A stretch of DNA of 64,000 bases. It comes from Eledone cirrhosa (taxonomy: Eukaryota). Under the pieces are notes generated by a model. The model ran no database searches. It had not been told where the DNA came from and was given only the letters and a program-made list of their open reading frames with translations. The translations under genes were made by a program, and so were the position numbers. Every line of letters begins with the position of its first letter. The stretch's first letter is position 1. Shown here piece after piece: positions 50,640-64,000 of this stretch. The stretch is from contig OZ024741.1 in NCBI GenBank assembly GCA_964016885.1, forward strand, positions 199,082,001 through 199,146,000, in the 5' to 3' direction.

Positions 50640-51260
50640 GACAAAGCACCCATTCTCTGAGATATGCCAATACATACAGACAGAGAGATCAAAACCAACC
50701 AACCAGATATTATAGTCAAAGACCACAAAGAAAAAGAATGCTTTCTAATAAATGTATCAATCCCTACATCATCATCATCAGGTTGAGCTTGCTCGGCTTT
50801 CTACGACACGTTTCCTCCATCCATCTCTGTCTCTCATAGCGTTTGCCAGTTCTTCCGCAGTGCATCCAGTATCGTCCTCAAGTTGCTTGACGTATGTCTT
50901 CTTGGGACGACCATCGTTTCTTGCTCCATGAGATGGACTCCACAACAACACATCACCTGCTATTTCTGCCTTGCTGCGCCAACAGTGGCCAGCAAAGCTG
51001 AGTCTCTGTCCACGTATTGCCCTGTTGATAGGTGGTATATTGCCATAGAGATCCTTACAATCCCTACAGACAACAATATATCTTCCAAGGAAATAGAGAA
51101 ACTCTCCAAATATTAAGATCTAGAGATAGAAATAACTCAAATGTGGAAAATGAAAACACCTAGACAAGTACATAACCAAAACCACAGGACTTACAAATAT
51201 ATACAGCATACAAAAAAATAGCACTACTAGGCACTGTACACACATTACGAAAAGTACTGT
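50640..51260 (+). mobile_element. R4/Dong-like LINE restriction-like endonuclease remnant, interrupted by an RTE 3' fragment
   Basis: IL*DMPIHTDREIKTNQPDIIVKD...LINVSIP|TDNNISSKEIEKLSKY; the insert 50769-51057 (-) is flanked by caatccctaca at 50758-50768 and 51058-51068. Confidence 0.75.
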
Positions 51261-53165
51261 GCTCGGTAAAGCAGTAATGATGCACAATAGAAAAAAAAAA
51301 TAACGATTTCTGATTTGGGCACAAGGCCAACAATGTTTGGGGAAGGAAAGTCGATTAAATCGACCCCAGTACGTTACTGGTGCTTTATTTTATCGACCCC
51401 CTTAATGATAAAAGGCAAAGCTAACCTCAGCAGGATTTGAACTTAGAGCTCAGAGAGGTGGAATGAATACAACAAAACATTCTATCCGACGGTCTAATGA
51501 TTCTGCTGCCAATTCGCCACATTTGTCGTCAACTAGAGGAGTGGCAGCTTAGCTTTAGTGGATTCCTTAGACACAAAAAATATAGAGAAATATACAATCC
51601 ACTATTCCCTGTTTTACCAACTCCCTGTCAAGATGAGAACTTCAGTACAGAATCTTTGTGACGTTGACAAACTGAATTTTGACACCATTAGATGTTGATA
51701 GAGAAACATGATATGTGTGGGTCATTAGATCTGTGGATCATATGCGCCATAGTTTGCTCTTTCAGGACTGAGCTGGGCTAAACAATAACAAAATCACATG
51801 TCATGTTGTTGCAAAGCACATAAAACTGATATATAGGAGTTACCTCCCTTGGACTTAGAAAGCAAGTTAGCTGCTAAAAAAAAAAGCACAAAAACAAAAA
51901 AGGGATTTTGAATATACTTACAAAAATGATAAAGAAACCTTCAGATAATACTTACGGTGTTTAATTACCACTTCTTTTCTTGTGTGTATGTACACATCCA
52001 CATACTCATGTAAACACACACAGACACACACATATGAGCTGGAAACTTTAAGGGAAACGGAGTTTCTAGCAAGACCAGCTGAGCTTATAGATGTTATCCT
52101 ACCATCTTGTTCAGCGTCTACCCCTGGATACTGGTAGTTGGTTTTGGCTTTAAAATCTGAGAGATTCTAACCATATGCCTGTAATATCAGAGCTCTGATC
52201 TCTCAATTTGGAGATGTAGCAGCTCTACCTGGAGCAACTCTCTCATCTCCAAGCTATGAATTCTATTAAGTATTTTATTTAATTAATGTAGAATTTGAAG
52301 GGATTTACTAAGTTTATTAAGATGGTATGCGGGGCAATAGATTGGCAACATTTTTAGAGCACTGAACAAAATTCTTTATAGTATTTGGTTACTGCTCTTT
52401 ACCGTCTAAGTTCAATTCCAGTGGAGAGATTTTGAAGTGCTTGGATTTCGGTTTTATTACCAATGTTTATATCTGTTGTTGATATACACAAACAAAGGAT
52501 ACGCACACACATACATACAAACATACATCTATGTCAAGCTTCTGCACAGCTTCTTTCTACCAAATTCCTCTCACAAGGTATTGTTCAACTTGATACAATT
52601 GAAGACACTTGCTCAAACAGCTGTTCCATAGTATCAAGCCCAGAATCATATGGTTGCAAAGCAGCTTCTTAGCCACTTAGCAAAACCTGTGTATGTGTGC
52701 TGAACTTGTGCCTAGAAGTATTTTTTGGCCCTTAACCCTTTTGTCACTGTAATTCTAATGAAATAACTGCCTATGGATTTCAATTAATTTTGAAAATACT
52801 CAGATATTTGATGGAATTTAATAGAATATTTAACTCTTTCATTAGTAAGCTGGTATTTAAAAACAATGTCTTAAATAAAATTATGAGGGAAGGATTTAAT
52901 CATCAGCATCATCATCATTGTTTAACGTCCACTTTTCATACTAGCATGTATAAACAGTACTGGCCTTGTGCCTGAATTAGAAATCAGTATTTGTACTATG
53001 TCTCAGTGCAATTGAATGCAACTAGGTTGTCATGTTCTCCAATTGCAGGAGGTTTTTTAAATATTTCTAATCATAAAAGTAATGCATGTCTTGTGTAAGA
53101 TGTGTCAGAAAATGGTGGAAATTGAGTTCTATCTTATTTATTTTTTTAATTCGATTTATATTCAG

Positions 53166-53405
53166 GGCACCGACAAATCATATTTAAATAAACAACACCA
53201 GGAATTGAGTACTCATCCATTTTATATAAAAGGACAAGATCGTCGATGCTGGGAAGTGGAGTTTGGGATCAAACACTACGCAGGTGCTGTAGTATATAAA
53301 GCACAAGGATTCCTTGAGAAAAATAAGGATGTCCAACAAGACCAACTTTTTGAACTAATGTATAACTCAACAAATCCATTTGTCAAAGACCTTACACGAT
53401 TCCAG
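53166..53405 (+). CDS. Myosin exon i (GTDKSYLNK…FGIKHYAGAVVYKAQGFLEKNKD…LTRFQ)
   Basis: ttcag|GGC...CAG|gtaaga; 240 nt; HYAG.V.Y...FLEKN.D motif; no later exon recognised in the window. Confidence 0.96.
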
Positions 53406-53719
53406 GTAAGAAATATATTTTTGTGTTAGGATAAAAAGGAACCCACTTTTTTCTTTTTCTTTTTTTTTTGTGTTTTTATGTTGTTTTCTTTAAAATCTTC
53501 TGTTTTTCAACTATTTTTGGTTATGCTACTATTTAACTCTTCAGATATCAACCCACCAAAAAACGCCTCTGGTTCTATGAAACAAAGCCTCTCATTCTAA
53601 AGGGTTCCTATTTAAATTCTTCTAATAATATAAGAACCATATATTAAATTTCTATCTTAGTAAATCCCTCAAAATTCTTGCAATTAATTCAAATGCAGTG
53701 TGTGTAATTCTTTTTTTAA

Positions 53720-53928
53720 CCCTTTAGCATTTATATTACTCTATATATACTATTATATTTTCACGGTAAAGGTTTTACCTCACAATTATGTCACATAATA
53801 TCAAATCTATGAGATTTTAATATTATTTATTTTGAGAACAATACCTTAACATCAGTATGAGTGGACAGTTACAGCCAGTTTAAACAGAAAGAGGTGAGTG
53901 GATTCTGGCCGGTTTAAATGCTAAAGGG
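53720..53928 (+). mobile_element. piggyBac-type MITE (family B) with intact ends
   Basis: TTAA|CCCTTTAGCATTTA...TAAATGCTAAAGGG|TTAA. Confidence 0.88.
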
Positions 53929-54799
53929 TTAAATACTGTAAGGTGTGGTCATTTTTATCATCTGGTTTCATTTGATGTTGCATTAGAGACTCAATTTGTT
54001 TTTATTTATATTCAAAATACCATGTAAAATAAGAGCTACTTATGTAATATATATGAATTTATAATTAATCAAGAGAAAAGCCAATATTTGATGTAAATTT
54101 ATTTCTTCTATAATTGGTTCAGTGGAGATATTGAAGAAGGAATACAGTGGAGGGATTCTCCATGGATTGCAGAAGACATTTAAAATTAGTCCTTCAAATT
54201 AAGGAAACCCCTGGCATTTATATAATGCTTCTCTAACAGTGAATTAATTGCCTTGAGAGGTTGTCTGGTACTTGACAGGTCAAGAGAGTCCTCTCTCCTG
54301 TATGCTGTCTTTGTTCATCCACCACTTTATGAGGGCTGAGTTATTAAGTACATTGTTTAGGGAGATTGGAGGTTGTTTCATCCACTACAGGCTAAAGATG
54401 TCTCTCCACATAGTCTCTGGTCTCTTATCACATTTACTTTTAGTGTTGCAGTGCTTGTAATGGAAGGTGCATTTTTTATAGGACAGTAAATTACAAGTCA
54501 ACTTAATCCAGCATCATCTCCATCATGAGGTTCAGTTTCTTGAGGCCACTCTTTGTCTTTTTTGGCCTCCCTGTGCCACAGATTCTGTCTACTTCAAATC
54601 TTTAGCGCTTATTTTTATACAACTCTTGCTCTCCTTATGCTTCTTGTGACCATACCAATGCAATCATGTCTCATGCACGCTACATTTCATTTCTTTTATA
54701 CCCAACTTTTCTTTCAGTTCACTTGTGCTCAGTTATTAATCTACACTAACACTTCACATTCACATATGTATACATAATATCTATCTATCTAGGGAGGGT

Positions 54800-55620
54800 A
54801 AAATTCCCGAGATCCATGGATGAGTTCTCTCCAGTGGTCTCTGTCCCTCAACATCGCCACCAAGTCCTGCATCTCCTAGAGACCAGTGTCTGTCCTTAGG
54901 GCACCAATATATGTCAACCTCGGTTTCCCTCTTCTAGTGTGTCCGTGTAGAAGCTCCCACAGGACCCGTGAGCGCAGTGTCAACTCTGAATCTCGGTAAG
55001 CATGTCCAGCTAAACTCAGTCTCCCCTGTGTTACTTTCGAGTTGACTTTTGGGAGGCTCCCATACAGCTCTGAGTTCTTCATCTTCAGTGTATTCTGATT
55101 AATGTTCAGAGCCATCTTCAGCATTCTTGTGTAGCACCCATCCACCATCTGAGAGTGTGTCTTGGTCAGTGTCCAAGTCTGAGACCCGTACAGCATCACA
55201 GTCTCCACTGTAGCGATGAAGAGATGATCTTCAAGTTTTTATGAAGGTCTGACTTCCACACTGACCTCAAACTGTGACATGCCACCAAGGCTTTGCTCTT
55301 CCTCTCAACCACATCATCCTCTGTGTTCCCAATTTTTGCTCCTAAATACAGGAAGTCTTCAACCAACTCTTACGGCTTCCCACCTACATTCATAATATTC
55401 TCTGTCCCTGGTTGTCTTGTACTCACATGACTGTGCCCGAGGAGGACAGTGATGTGAGTACAGAGGAGTTCCATTAAAGTGTGTAGAGCTATCAACACCA
55501 GACCACCTCATAACATCCCGCTTCTTCTGGGTGACTTCAATGCACATCTGAGTAAGGAGAGCAGTGAAGATCCTTGCTGGTACTTCCATATCAACACCAA
55601 CCGAAACGGGATGTTAACAT
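54800..55620 (-). mobile_element. Decayed RTE-type LINE fragments (another family)
   Basis: ETVMLYGSQTWTLT...RLSLAGH...RGKPRLTY; a GDFNAH endonuclease remnant on + near 55530. Confidence 0.75.
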
Positions 55621-55704
55621 GAATGGATCTGTTATTTTTATCTAAAGACATTTTTTCCAATTCCATCCCGCCCGTCCCCTCAATCTATTTTATTTCTCAT
55701 TCTT

Positions 55705-55740
55705 TCTTCTGATGAAAGACTAGCGTCCGAAACGTTAAGA
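55705..55740 (+). ncRNA. Minimal hammerhead ribozyme motif
   Basis: TCTT-CTGATGA-aa-GAC tagc GTC-c-GAAA-CG-TT-AAGA; palindromic AACGTT. Confidence 0.65.
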
Positions 55741-55820
55741 CCCTCTTCCTGCTATATCAAGCGTTAACCTAATATATACCTTCCGCTGTACCGATTGTGT
55801 TGTTATTTCTGTTTACCTTT

Positions 55821-55852
<32 letters not shown>

Positions 55853-56074
55853 CGTAGGTCCCGGGTTGAGTCGGGGATAACCACAGTAAGTAAGGTACTC
55901 AATACATGGCAGAGTAAAATTTTTTTATATTTTATAGAAGGAGCTTCTACAGGACTAGTACTGTTTCATTCAGATGAAATCTTCAGGAAGCTGGGTGTCA
56001 TATTAAGTTCTGGTATTTATACATTTAGGTAGTGGTAAGGGAGGGGTGGTGGAAGGGGTTGGGGGGTTTGGGGG

Positions 56075-56116
<42 letters not shown>

Positions 56117-57364
56117 TTTATGTCCGCTTTTCCTTGCTTGCAAGGGTGGAGCAGATCCTCTTCAGCACAACATCTCTCCATTTGTCACGGTCCTTCGTCA
56201 TCTCCTCTGAGGTTGGCTCTCACCACCGCCACCCATGTTTTACACAGAGTCTAGAATCGAGAGGCCTAAAGGCCAGTTTAGCAAAGATAAAAGTTTTAGC
56301 TGAAGGGAAAGCAGTATCAACTGAGAAGCCCCAATGCTTGATATTTGGAAAGGGAGCAGATAGGAGCTGTCAACAGTTTGCCTACTGTATATAGATGCAG
56401 AAGAGTAGCTAGCAGTAACAACTCCCAAGAAATGAAGTATCCTCATTTTCCCAGAAAGCTCTTTAAAACTAATTGGTAGTTTCTAATATGTAGGTGGCTT
56501 AATCAAAGGTGGAAGAAGGTATTGTGAAAGTATAATAGCCAGAATAAAAACAGTAACGGTTGGGGTGTGTTCAGGGAGCTGCTGCCTCTCCAAATGAAAA
56601 GCATATTGCTTGATGCTTGTGTATGAAATGCAATATCGCATGGTAATGAGACATGGGTGATAAACTTGGAAGATTTGTGAAGCCCAGAAACAGGCCTGTT
56701 GCTTGGGTTTGGTACTCGGGGTTGTCTCAGTACAATCTGGGTGGGCACTCGAATACCATAGGGAATTTTCTCATCAACTTCTTTGGTTAACTTTTTTGTT
56801 TGTTTTTTAAATGTATTTTTGCTTTTTGTTCCTATTTTGGGAAGAAAAATTACCAAAGCCAAGATATCAAGGAGTGTATTTTAGGACATTTCTTTTATAA
56901 ACTCTGTTTTCTAAATCTGAGGTTGCACTGTTGTAGAGTAGGAGAGCAGTGCCATCCAGTGATCCTACCTTGGTGAAAGGTCTGGCTGGAAATGAAGTGA
57001 ACAACAGAGAAAAGTGAGCTGCAAGAATAACTGGACATTAGATGTATTGTAGTGTGTAAAAGAGAAGACTGGTGATATGGACGTAGTATGCATATGACAA
57101 ATGATTGTTGGGTGAAAAGGAGTTAAATGATGCAAAACTAGAAGGCAGCAGTAAAAATGGAAAACAGGTAAAGAAGTGTTGAGGTTTGATCTCAGGATGT
57201 TAAGCATCACAGAGTTGGTAACAAAGAACCATGTTTAGGGAGATGCTGTGTTGAAATTCACCTGTCCACTCCATACCTGCATAGAAACATTGATGTTAAC
57301 ATAATGAAGACAATATTCTGTACAGGATAGTAGATTGTTGTTTTTATTAGTTATATGAAAAAAT

Positions 57365-57543
57365 AATTGTTTCTACGTTAGGCACAAGGCCAGCACATAA
57401 CCAGTGTATTACTGGTACTTTATTTTATCGACCCCGTAAGGATGAAAGGCAAAGTTAACCTCGGCGGGATTTGAACTCAGAATGTCAAGGGCCGTAACTA
57501 TATGCGTCAAAGCAAAGCGTCCGACCCTCTACCAATACTGCCA
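57365..57543 (-). mobile_element. tRNA-derived SINE
   Basis: Near-identical to 59966-60156. Confidence 0.88.
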
Positions 57544-59539
57544 GAAAAAATAATGTGATATTTTTAATAGTATCGTTGATTCCAAAAGAATGCTTGTAGT
57601 CTTTTCAAAATACAATTATTTGAGTATTTAATTTTTCTTATATTAATTTCTAGTTCTTTGTGGTAATGAAGCAAAGCAGTAGAATTGTGAGGACTTAGTT
57701 GATATTTCCAATGTGAAGCCTATAACTCCTAAATATTCAGAAAAACAAATTATGTATTAATCTTTTTCAGCTTGTTTAAAGGCAACAGAAATAATTAATT
57801 CTCCATTAAAATGATGATAATGATATATATATATGGATGGATGGTACTGAGTAAGGCAGTTGGTGATAGGGAAGCTGTAGGAGGGAGATTGGTGCAAACT
57901 GACAGGAGGAGACCTAAGTGTTGTCCCACTCCTCTATATCATTAATTCTTAAGATACTTGCTGTTTAAAAATGTGGATTAAAAAATGGCTGAAATCTTGA
58001 TATCGCACATACCAAATGTGCATTTTTTTTTCATCCTATCAGTGGGAGAATGATTCATACAAGCTAATAATGCATTTTTTGAGACAAAAAAGTTAATGAT
58101 TGTGAAGACATTTGACATAAGTTCGAGACTGCGATGCAAAATTTCAAATTTCTAATTGGTATGTTTACGCCTAAAAGTTTTTTCATTAAAACATCTCAGA
58201 ATGATTTGTTTTAACAAATTTAGAACCTATTGTAGAGTTGTGAATAATTAGAAGTTGGTTATAAATAGCCAAACAAAATTTTTATATTCTGCAAAGGGTG
58301 TGAAATGCTGCTTTAGGTGCAACCATATCAATCACATTAAATTGGATGGAATAAGGTAAAATTTCACTGTGTTTAGTAGTAAAACCTTTTCACATTGAAA
58401 TGCGCCTCAAAATAATCTATTTCAACTAATGTAAATTCTATTAGTGTCATATCTGGGCATGTTTTAGTGTAACAAAGTGAATAATTGTCAAGATATTTGA
58501 TATTTTCTCAGGTGAATGAAAATGACCAAATTTGCAATTGTGTGTGTGTGTGTGCATGCATGTTTCAATTTAACCGTTTGAAAAATGAGTACTTAATACC
58601 ATAGAGATTAATATTTTTTTTATTAAGGCCATCTCAGAGTCCTTGTTAGTCTGGTGTTTCATCCATGTATTCACAGGTTCATCAGACAGCTGAGATAGCA
58701 GAGTAACAGGACTCCCACTTGGTTTAATACAATATATATATATATCGCCCTGGGGCGAGATATATTGTCTTTAAAGCATAGTAGACCCCAGTAGACCACT
58801 GATGAGGCCCCCCCCCCCCTTCTTGCTTTCTTATTCCCACTGCATTTTAAGTTACCTTAATAGCAACTACACAGCCATTTCTATTCTCCATATATTTCAT
58901 CATTATATATGTATATATATAAAACGATATTTAGGGCTGGTCATGTTACTAATTTTGCCAATAAAAACACATGCACTATTTGACTTTTACTTCAGATTTA
59001 TTATTAGTTATTAGTTAGTTCATCAAAGCCCTTTCATCACACTTTCTGTGCCATACATACTCATTGACTGTTTCTTCTTCTCTGTGTTTCCTCTTCTCTA
59101 TAGTCTTATTTTGTTTCCTTCATGGAATAAGCAAAGTTGGCCATATTTGGCAACATGACCATCCCCAAAATATTACAATATCTGCTTCAACACATAATTT
59201 CACATCGAGAATCTTGCAAAACAAATACATACATATACATATATATGTCTAGCCCATGCCAGTGTGGAAAAATTGACGTTAAATGGTGATGATGATATAT
59301 ATATATATCATCACCATCATTTTTACATCAGCTTTTCATGCTGCTTGCATGGGTTGAAATAAGTGATTGGAACAGATTGGATTGCCAATAAGATCCTCCT
59401 TAATGGTTTGCTCAGATATATTCACTTTTTACTTGGTTTCTATAGCTGGATACACTTCCGAATGTCAACCACTTGGCATAGTGAGTATGTGTGTATATAT
59501 TTGTATATATGTTTAATGGACATTAAATGATGATGATGA

Positions 59540-59574
<35 letters not shown>

Positions 59575-59580
<6 letters not shown>

Positions 59581-59924
59581 AGGGTAAACATTGATGCAAT
59601 TCAATTCAAGCACTCAACGTACTTTTTCCACATAGGAGTGACGGAGTAAATATCGAATAAGTAAAAGCGAAGTAGTTTCAGATGTTCAAGTCCTTTAATA
59701 ATAATGCTGTGATATATATTTCAATGACGACACTGGCCACACTGTTCTGTGTGCGAGTGTCGTGACATCATCAGACAGCTTGTTACATAATAAGGTTGTT
59801 TCCGAGGCAATCCAAATTGAATCGACATGGGAACGGATGAAGTTTGTGCTTTTGGGTTTTTCAAGGGAACGGATGAAAAACCCATTAAAGGACTTGAACA
59901 TCTGAAACTACTTCGCTTTTACTT

Positions 59925-59928
<4 letters not shown>
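59575..59928 (-). mobile_element. Non-coding mini Penelope-like element in (TA)n with a 45-bp inverted repeat
   Basis: 59655-59699 is the reverse complement of 59884-59928; hammerhead lies between them. Confidence 0.75.
59706..59779 (-). ncRNA. Hammerhead ribozyme with a long stem II
   Basis: Reverse complement GCTGT-CTGATGA-T[gtcacgacact...agtgtcgtcat]T-GAAA-TATATA-TC-ACAGC. Confidence 0.78.
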
Positions 59929-59965
<37 letters not shown>

Positions 59966-59967
<2 letters not shown>

Positions 59968-60156
59968 ATTGTTTCTACGTTAGGCACAAGGCCAGCAACT
60001 ACCCAGTGCATTACTGGTACTTTATTTTATCGACCCCGTAAGGATGAAAGACAAAGTTAACCTCGGCGGGATTTGAACTCAGAATGGCAAGGGCCGTAAC
60101 TCTATACGTCAAAGCATGGTGTCCGACCCTCTACCGATACTGCCAATCCACCGCCT
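59966..60156 (-). mobile_element. Full-length tRNA-derived SINE
   Basis: Reverse complement of the 10637-10823 type with few differences. Confidence 0.9.
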
Positions 60157-60247
60157 TATATTATTATATATATATATTATATTATATATATATATAATAA
60201 TGAAATGACAGGAGGCTGGATTTGTGTAAATCCTTGAAAGGTTTATT

Positions 60248-60305
60248 ATACTATGATCATTTCAATGACCGGGTTCCGTATGAATCCGGTGATATCATCA
60301 GGTAT
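60248..60305 (-). ncRNA. Hammerhead ribozyme (decayed relatives at ~41320-41415 - and ~42445-42560 +)
   Basis: Reverse complement ATAC-CTGATGA-T[atcaccggattc atac ggaacccggtcat]T-GAAA-TGATCA-TA-GTAT. Confidence 0.75.
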
Positions 60306-60481
60306 TCAAAATATAATACGGGAATGTAATAGATAAAATCCATGGGGCTGAAAATCGAGGACCTGAGGGCGATCGCTATCTTGCACCTTCTACCTTAGCC
60401 GGTCGCTCTTTCTATATTATTACATTGCGATTGACCATACGGAATAGACCAGCTCTATCCAGTGGTGAACCTCAAACCTGA

Positions 60482-60514
<33 letters not shown>

Positions 60515-60527
60515 TATACATATATAT

Positions 60528-60997
60528 ACTAGAAGTTGATGGAAACCGCGGAGTGGGGAGACCCAAGATGACCTGGGATGAGGTGATAAAAGCCGACCTT
60601 ACCCAATTACACCTCTCAAAGACAATGACACACGACCGTGACTTCTGGCGTCACGCAGTAATACAGAGTACCCGACCTCCCATGGATACATGCTGAAGCA
60701 TATAAACAATATGCCTCCACACCCCCCACCGCAAGGTGGTCGTGGAGGTGCCACGGCAAAAAAGCACCCAGCCCACACTGTAAAGTGGACGTGTAGGCGC
60801 CACGAAAAAGCACCCAGCACTCACTGTAAATGAGGTTGGTGTTAGGAAGGGCATCCAGCTGTAGAAATCAAGCCAGATCAGTTCCTGTATGAGCAAGGCA
60901 TGGTCAGCCGACCAGACACTGCACACAATAGGACAACCCGTCTAACCCATGCTAGCGTGGAGGAACGGACGTAAAACGGTGATGATGATGATGATGA
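60528..60997 (+). mobile_element. RTE LINE 3' end, near-identical to 29351-29815 in inverted orientation
   Basis: GVGRPK.TWDEVIKADL, 3' UTR and (GAT)n tail. Confidence 0.88.
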
Positions 60998-61357
60998 TAT
61001 ATATACATTTATATATATATATATATACATTTATATATATATATATATATACATTTATATATATATATATATATATACATTTATATGTTGGTACCACAAC
61101 ATCCAGTCCGAAACAAATGAGGTCGTGTAGGTGTCACAACAAAAAAACACAGTCCACGCTGTAATGTGGCCGTCGGTCAGTCAATGGCAACATTGAGGAC
61201 CGAATAAATTAGATTACCGATATAAAAGACACAGAAGCAAAAAGCGAAAACCAACCAAACAGTGAGTGTGTTCTGTTATTAATTCTGGCAATATTACACA
61301 AATATGACCCTCCCCAAGTATAACAATATATATACATACATTTATATATATATATAC

Positions 61358-61486
<129 letters not shown>

Positions 61487-61494
61487 CATATATA

Positions 61495-64000
61495 TCATCA
61501 TCATCATCATCGTTTAACGTCCATCTTCCACGTTTGCATGGGTTTGGACGGGAGGTTTCCCACTTGAGGCAAGATTTGTTGTCCTGCTCGTATAGGACTC
61601 TCTGGTGGGTTTTCTACGGCTGGATGCCCTTCCTAACAGCAACAACGTTTACAGTGTGGACTGGGAGGTTTTTACCGTGTTACCTACAGTCACATTACAG
61701 CGTGGTCACATTACAGCGTGGACTGTGTGTTTTTTTGTCGTGACACCTACACGACCTCATTTGTTTCGGACTGGATGTTGTGGTACCAACATAACTTCAC
61801 ATTTAAGGGGTGGTGTGGATGAGGTGGGGGTAGTGGGGCCGGGGTGTATTTTGTTAGAGGTGCCTACTGACTGTAGGTTTCGCTTTGTACATAGGCAAGA
61901 CAGGTCTTCTGTATGACTGTGTAGCGCCAAAGATCTCGGTCCAGTGACATTGTCTTGGGGAGGTGTAAGTGTGTGAGGTCGGAATTTATCAAGTCCCAGG
62001 TTTTTCTGGGTCTGCCTACTCCGTGGCTACCGTCTATTTTTATCGCCCTGCACTTTTTTATACAGCTGTCGTCTTCCATGCGCATCACTTGACCGTACCA
62101 ACGTAGTCTTCTCTCGAGTAAACAACATCTGATCCCTCTTATTCCTAATTTCTCCCTTAGTTCGTTTATGCTTTGCCGTTCACGTATATTACTATTACAC
62201 ATCCAACGGAGCATGCAAGCTTCGTTCCTCTCTAGTCTGCGTATATCCTCTGCACACAATGCCCAGGTCTCACTGCCATGTAACATTGCTGTTCGTATGC
62301 AGGCATCATACAGCCTGCCTTTCATTTTTAGAGAGAACCCTTTAGCGGCTAATAGTGGTATAAGCTCTCTGAACTTTTTCCATTCCGTTCTGACTCTAGC
62401 TACTGTACTTTCAGAGCACCCTCCCCCACTGCTGATTTTGTCACCCAGGTAACGGAAGGTGTCCACTATTTCTATAGTACCATCTGTGCAATGGAATGAG
62501 CTAGTATTCTGTGGGCACTTGCTGCTACTTATAGCACCAGAGCACCGGCCACATATAAAATCTATATTCTTAGTTAGCTTACCTGTGATCCCACTACATC
62601 TTTTATGCACTCATACTTTGCATTTGGGACATAAAATGGAGTTTCTGCCTACTCCTTTCCTACACACTGAGCATGGCCATTTCCCAGATGGGACCGGTGC
62701 CTTATTTTCCTTCCTACAAACTAGAACTTTAGTCTTAGACAAGTTAACTTTAAGGCCTTTGAGATTCTAGGCCATGCTTCCATGTTTGGAATTTCTTCTC
62801 TAGTTCAACCATTGATTCAGCTATGAGCATATAGGAGTTCCCATGGGCAGCCGGTCTTGAACTCCTCTGTTATAGCCTGAAGGACAATAATAAATAGTAG
62901 GGGGCTAAGAACGGAGCCCTGATGAACACCAACTTTTACGCTTAACTCTTCACTATATTCGTTGTTAATTCTAACCTTGCTGACTGTTTCTTTATACATG
63001 GCTTGTATAGCTCTCACAAGCCATTCATCAACACCTAGTTTTCTAAGCGCCCACCAGATAATGGAGCGGGGGACTCTGTCAAAGGCTTTCTCCAAGTCAA
63101 CAAAAGCTAAGTATAAAGGTTTACTTTTAGCTAGGTACTTCTCCTGTAGTTGTCGTACAATGAAAAGAGCGTCTGTGGTACTTTTACCTGGCACAAACTC
63201 GAACTGCATTTCATCTAGATCAATTCGTTCTCTGATTAGTTGCGCTATTACTTTTTCTGTGACCTTCATGACCTGGTCGATTAATTTAATGCCTCTATAG
63301 TTACCCCTATCAAGAGCATCTCCTTTACCCTTGTAACAGTTAATGATGATGCTGCTGCGCCAGTCCTTCGGAACAACCCCATTCTGTACGACTTGGTTAA
63401 CTATCCGGGTGACCATAGTGTGTCCCACCGTTCCAGATGCTTTCAGCATTTCAGCAACTATTTCCGAAGGCCCAGCCGCCTTACCCGTCTTCATATCTTT
63501 GATTGCCTTACCTATTATACTACCTTCAACTAACACTGCTGGTCCCTCTATTGGATCGATGTGGGGCAGACTGTCTTTCTCCCATTTATTCTCCTCATTT
63601 AGTAGCCTCTCGTAGTGACACTTCCAAGCTACCTTCTTATCAGCGTCAGTGATGGCAAGTACGCCGTCATCATTAAGTACACACTTCTCCCCGACAATAT
63701 CACTGTTTTCCTTGACACATTGCCTAGCAATCCTGAACACCTCACGTTTTTGGTTCTCGCTTTGTAGAACATGCTTGAACTTTCTTTCCTCTGCTTCCCT
63801 TCTTGCGAAGTACACTTGTCTCCTAGCTTCCCTCCTGGCCACTTGATAGTCTTCTCTACTTCCCCCATCCCGCCATACTTTCCAAGCCTGCTTTTTGGCC
63901 TTGATTGACTCCTCCACCTTACTATTCCACCACCATGTTACTCTCCTCCTGTCTATAGGCCTGCTCCAGCCACAAACTTCATCTGCCGCCTTCAGCAGGT
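61495..64000 (-). mobile_element. RTE-clade LINE RT region, cut off by the window end
   Basis: ORFs 62817-63917 (GKAAGPS, NYRGIKL, DLEKAFDRVP, GVHQGSVLSP) and 61864-62610; (GAT)n tail. Confidence 0.93.

Noticed and set aside
58512-58540. Possible next myosin exon after tattttctcag
   Set aside because: No convincing donor and no myosin motif (expected loop 2 / FVRCIKPN region)
58799-58820. CTGATGAGG hammerhead start
   Set aside because: Followed by a C-run, with no stem II partner or GAAA

Overview
AT-rich, repeat-dense animal genomic DNA, probably a coleoid cephalopod such as Octopus (inferred from the repeat families and (TA)n load, not proven). The + strand carries nine internal coding exons of an unconventional myosin motor domain (1500 nt, 500 aa, in frame). 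The gene starts before and continues after the window. Its introns include a GC-AG intron, a probable U12-type acceptor and a 32.9-kb intron containing a candidate 15-nt microexon. The introns hold a Penelope-like retroelement with an uninterrupted RT + GIY-YIG ORF, 77-bp terminal inverted repeats and a hammerhead ribozyme. They also hold RTE, CR1/L2-like and R4-like LINE fragments, tRNA-derived Meta/MESC-core SINEs, piggyBac-type MITEs and long microsatellites. The main unexplained signal is a dense set of small non-coding hammerhead-ribozyme elements. (i) A structured 314-323-nt retrozyme-like monomer is present twice, with terminal redundancy in different phases. (ii) A second ~330-nt hammerhead unit abuts one copy and shares an octamer / 34-35 nt / TATATA-hairpin / hammerhead layout. 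(iii) Many fold-back mini-elements sit in (TA)n tracts and share a T(T/C)GAGTRC box. All calls come from reading the sequence by eye; no search or folding program was run, and repeat boundaries are approximate.
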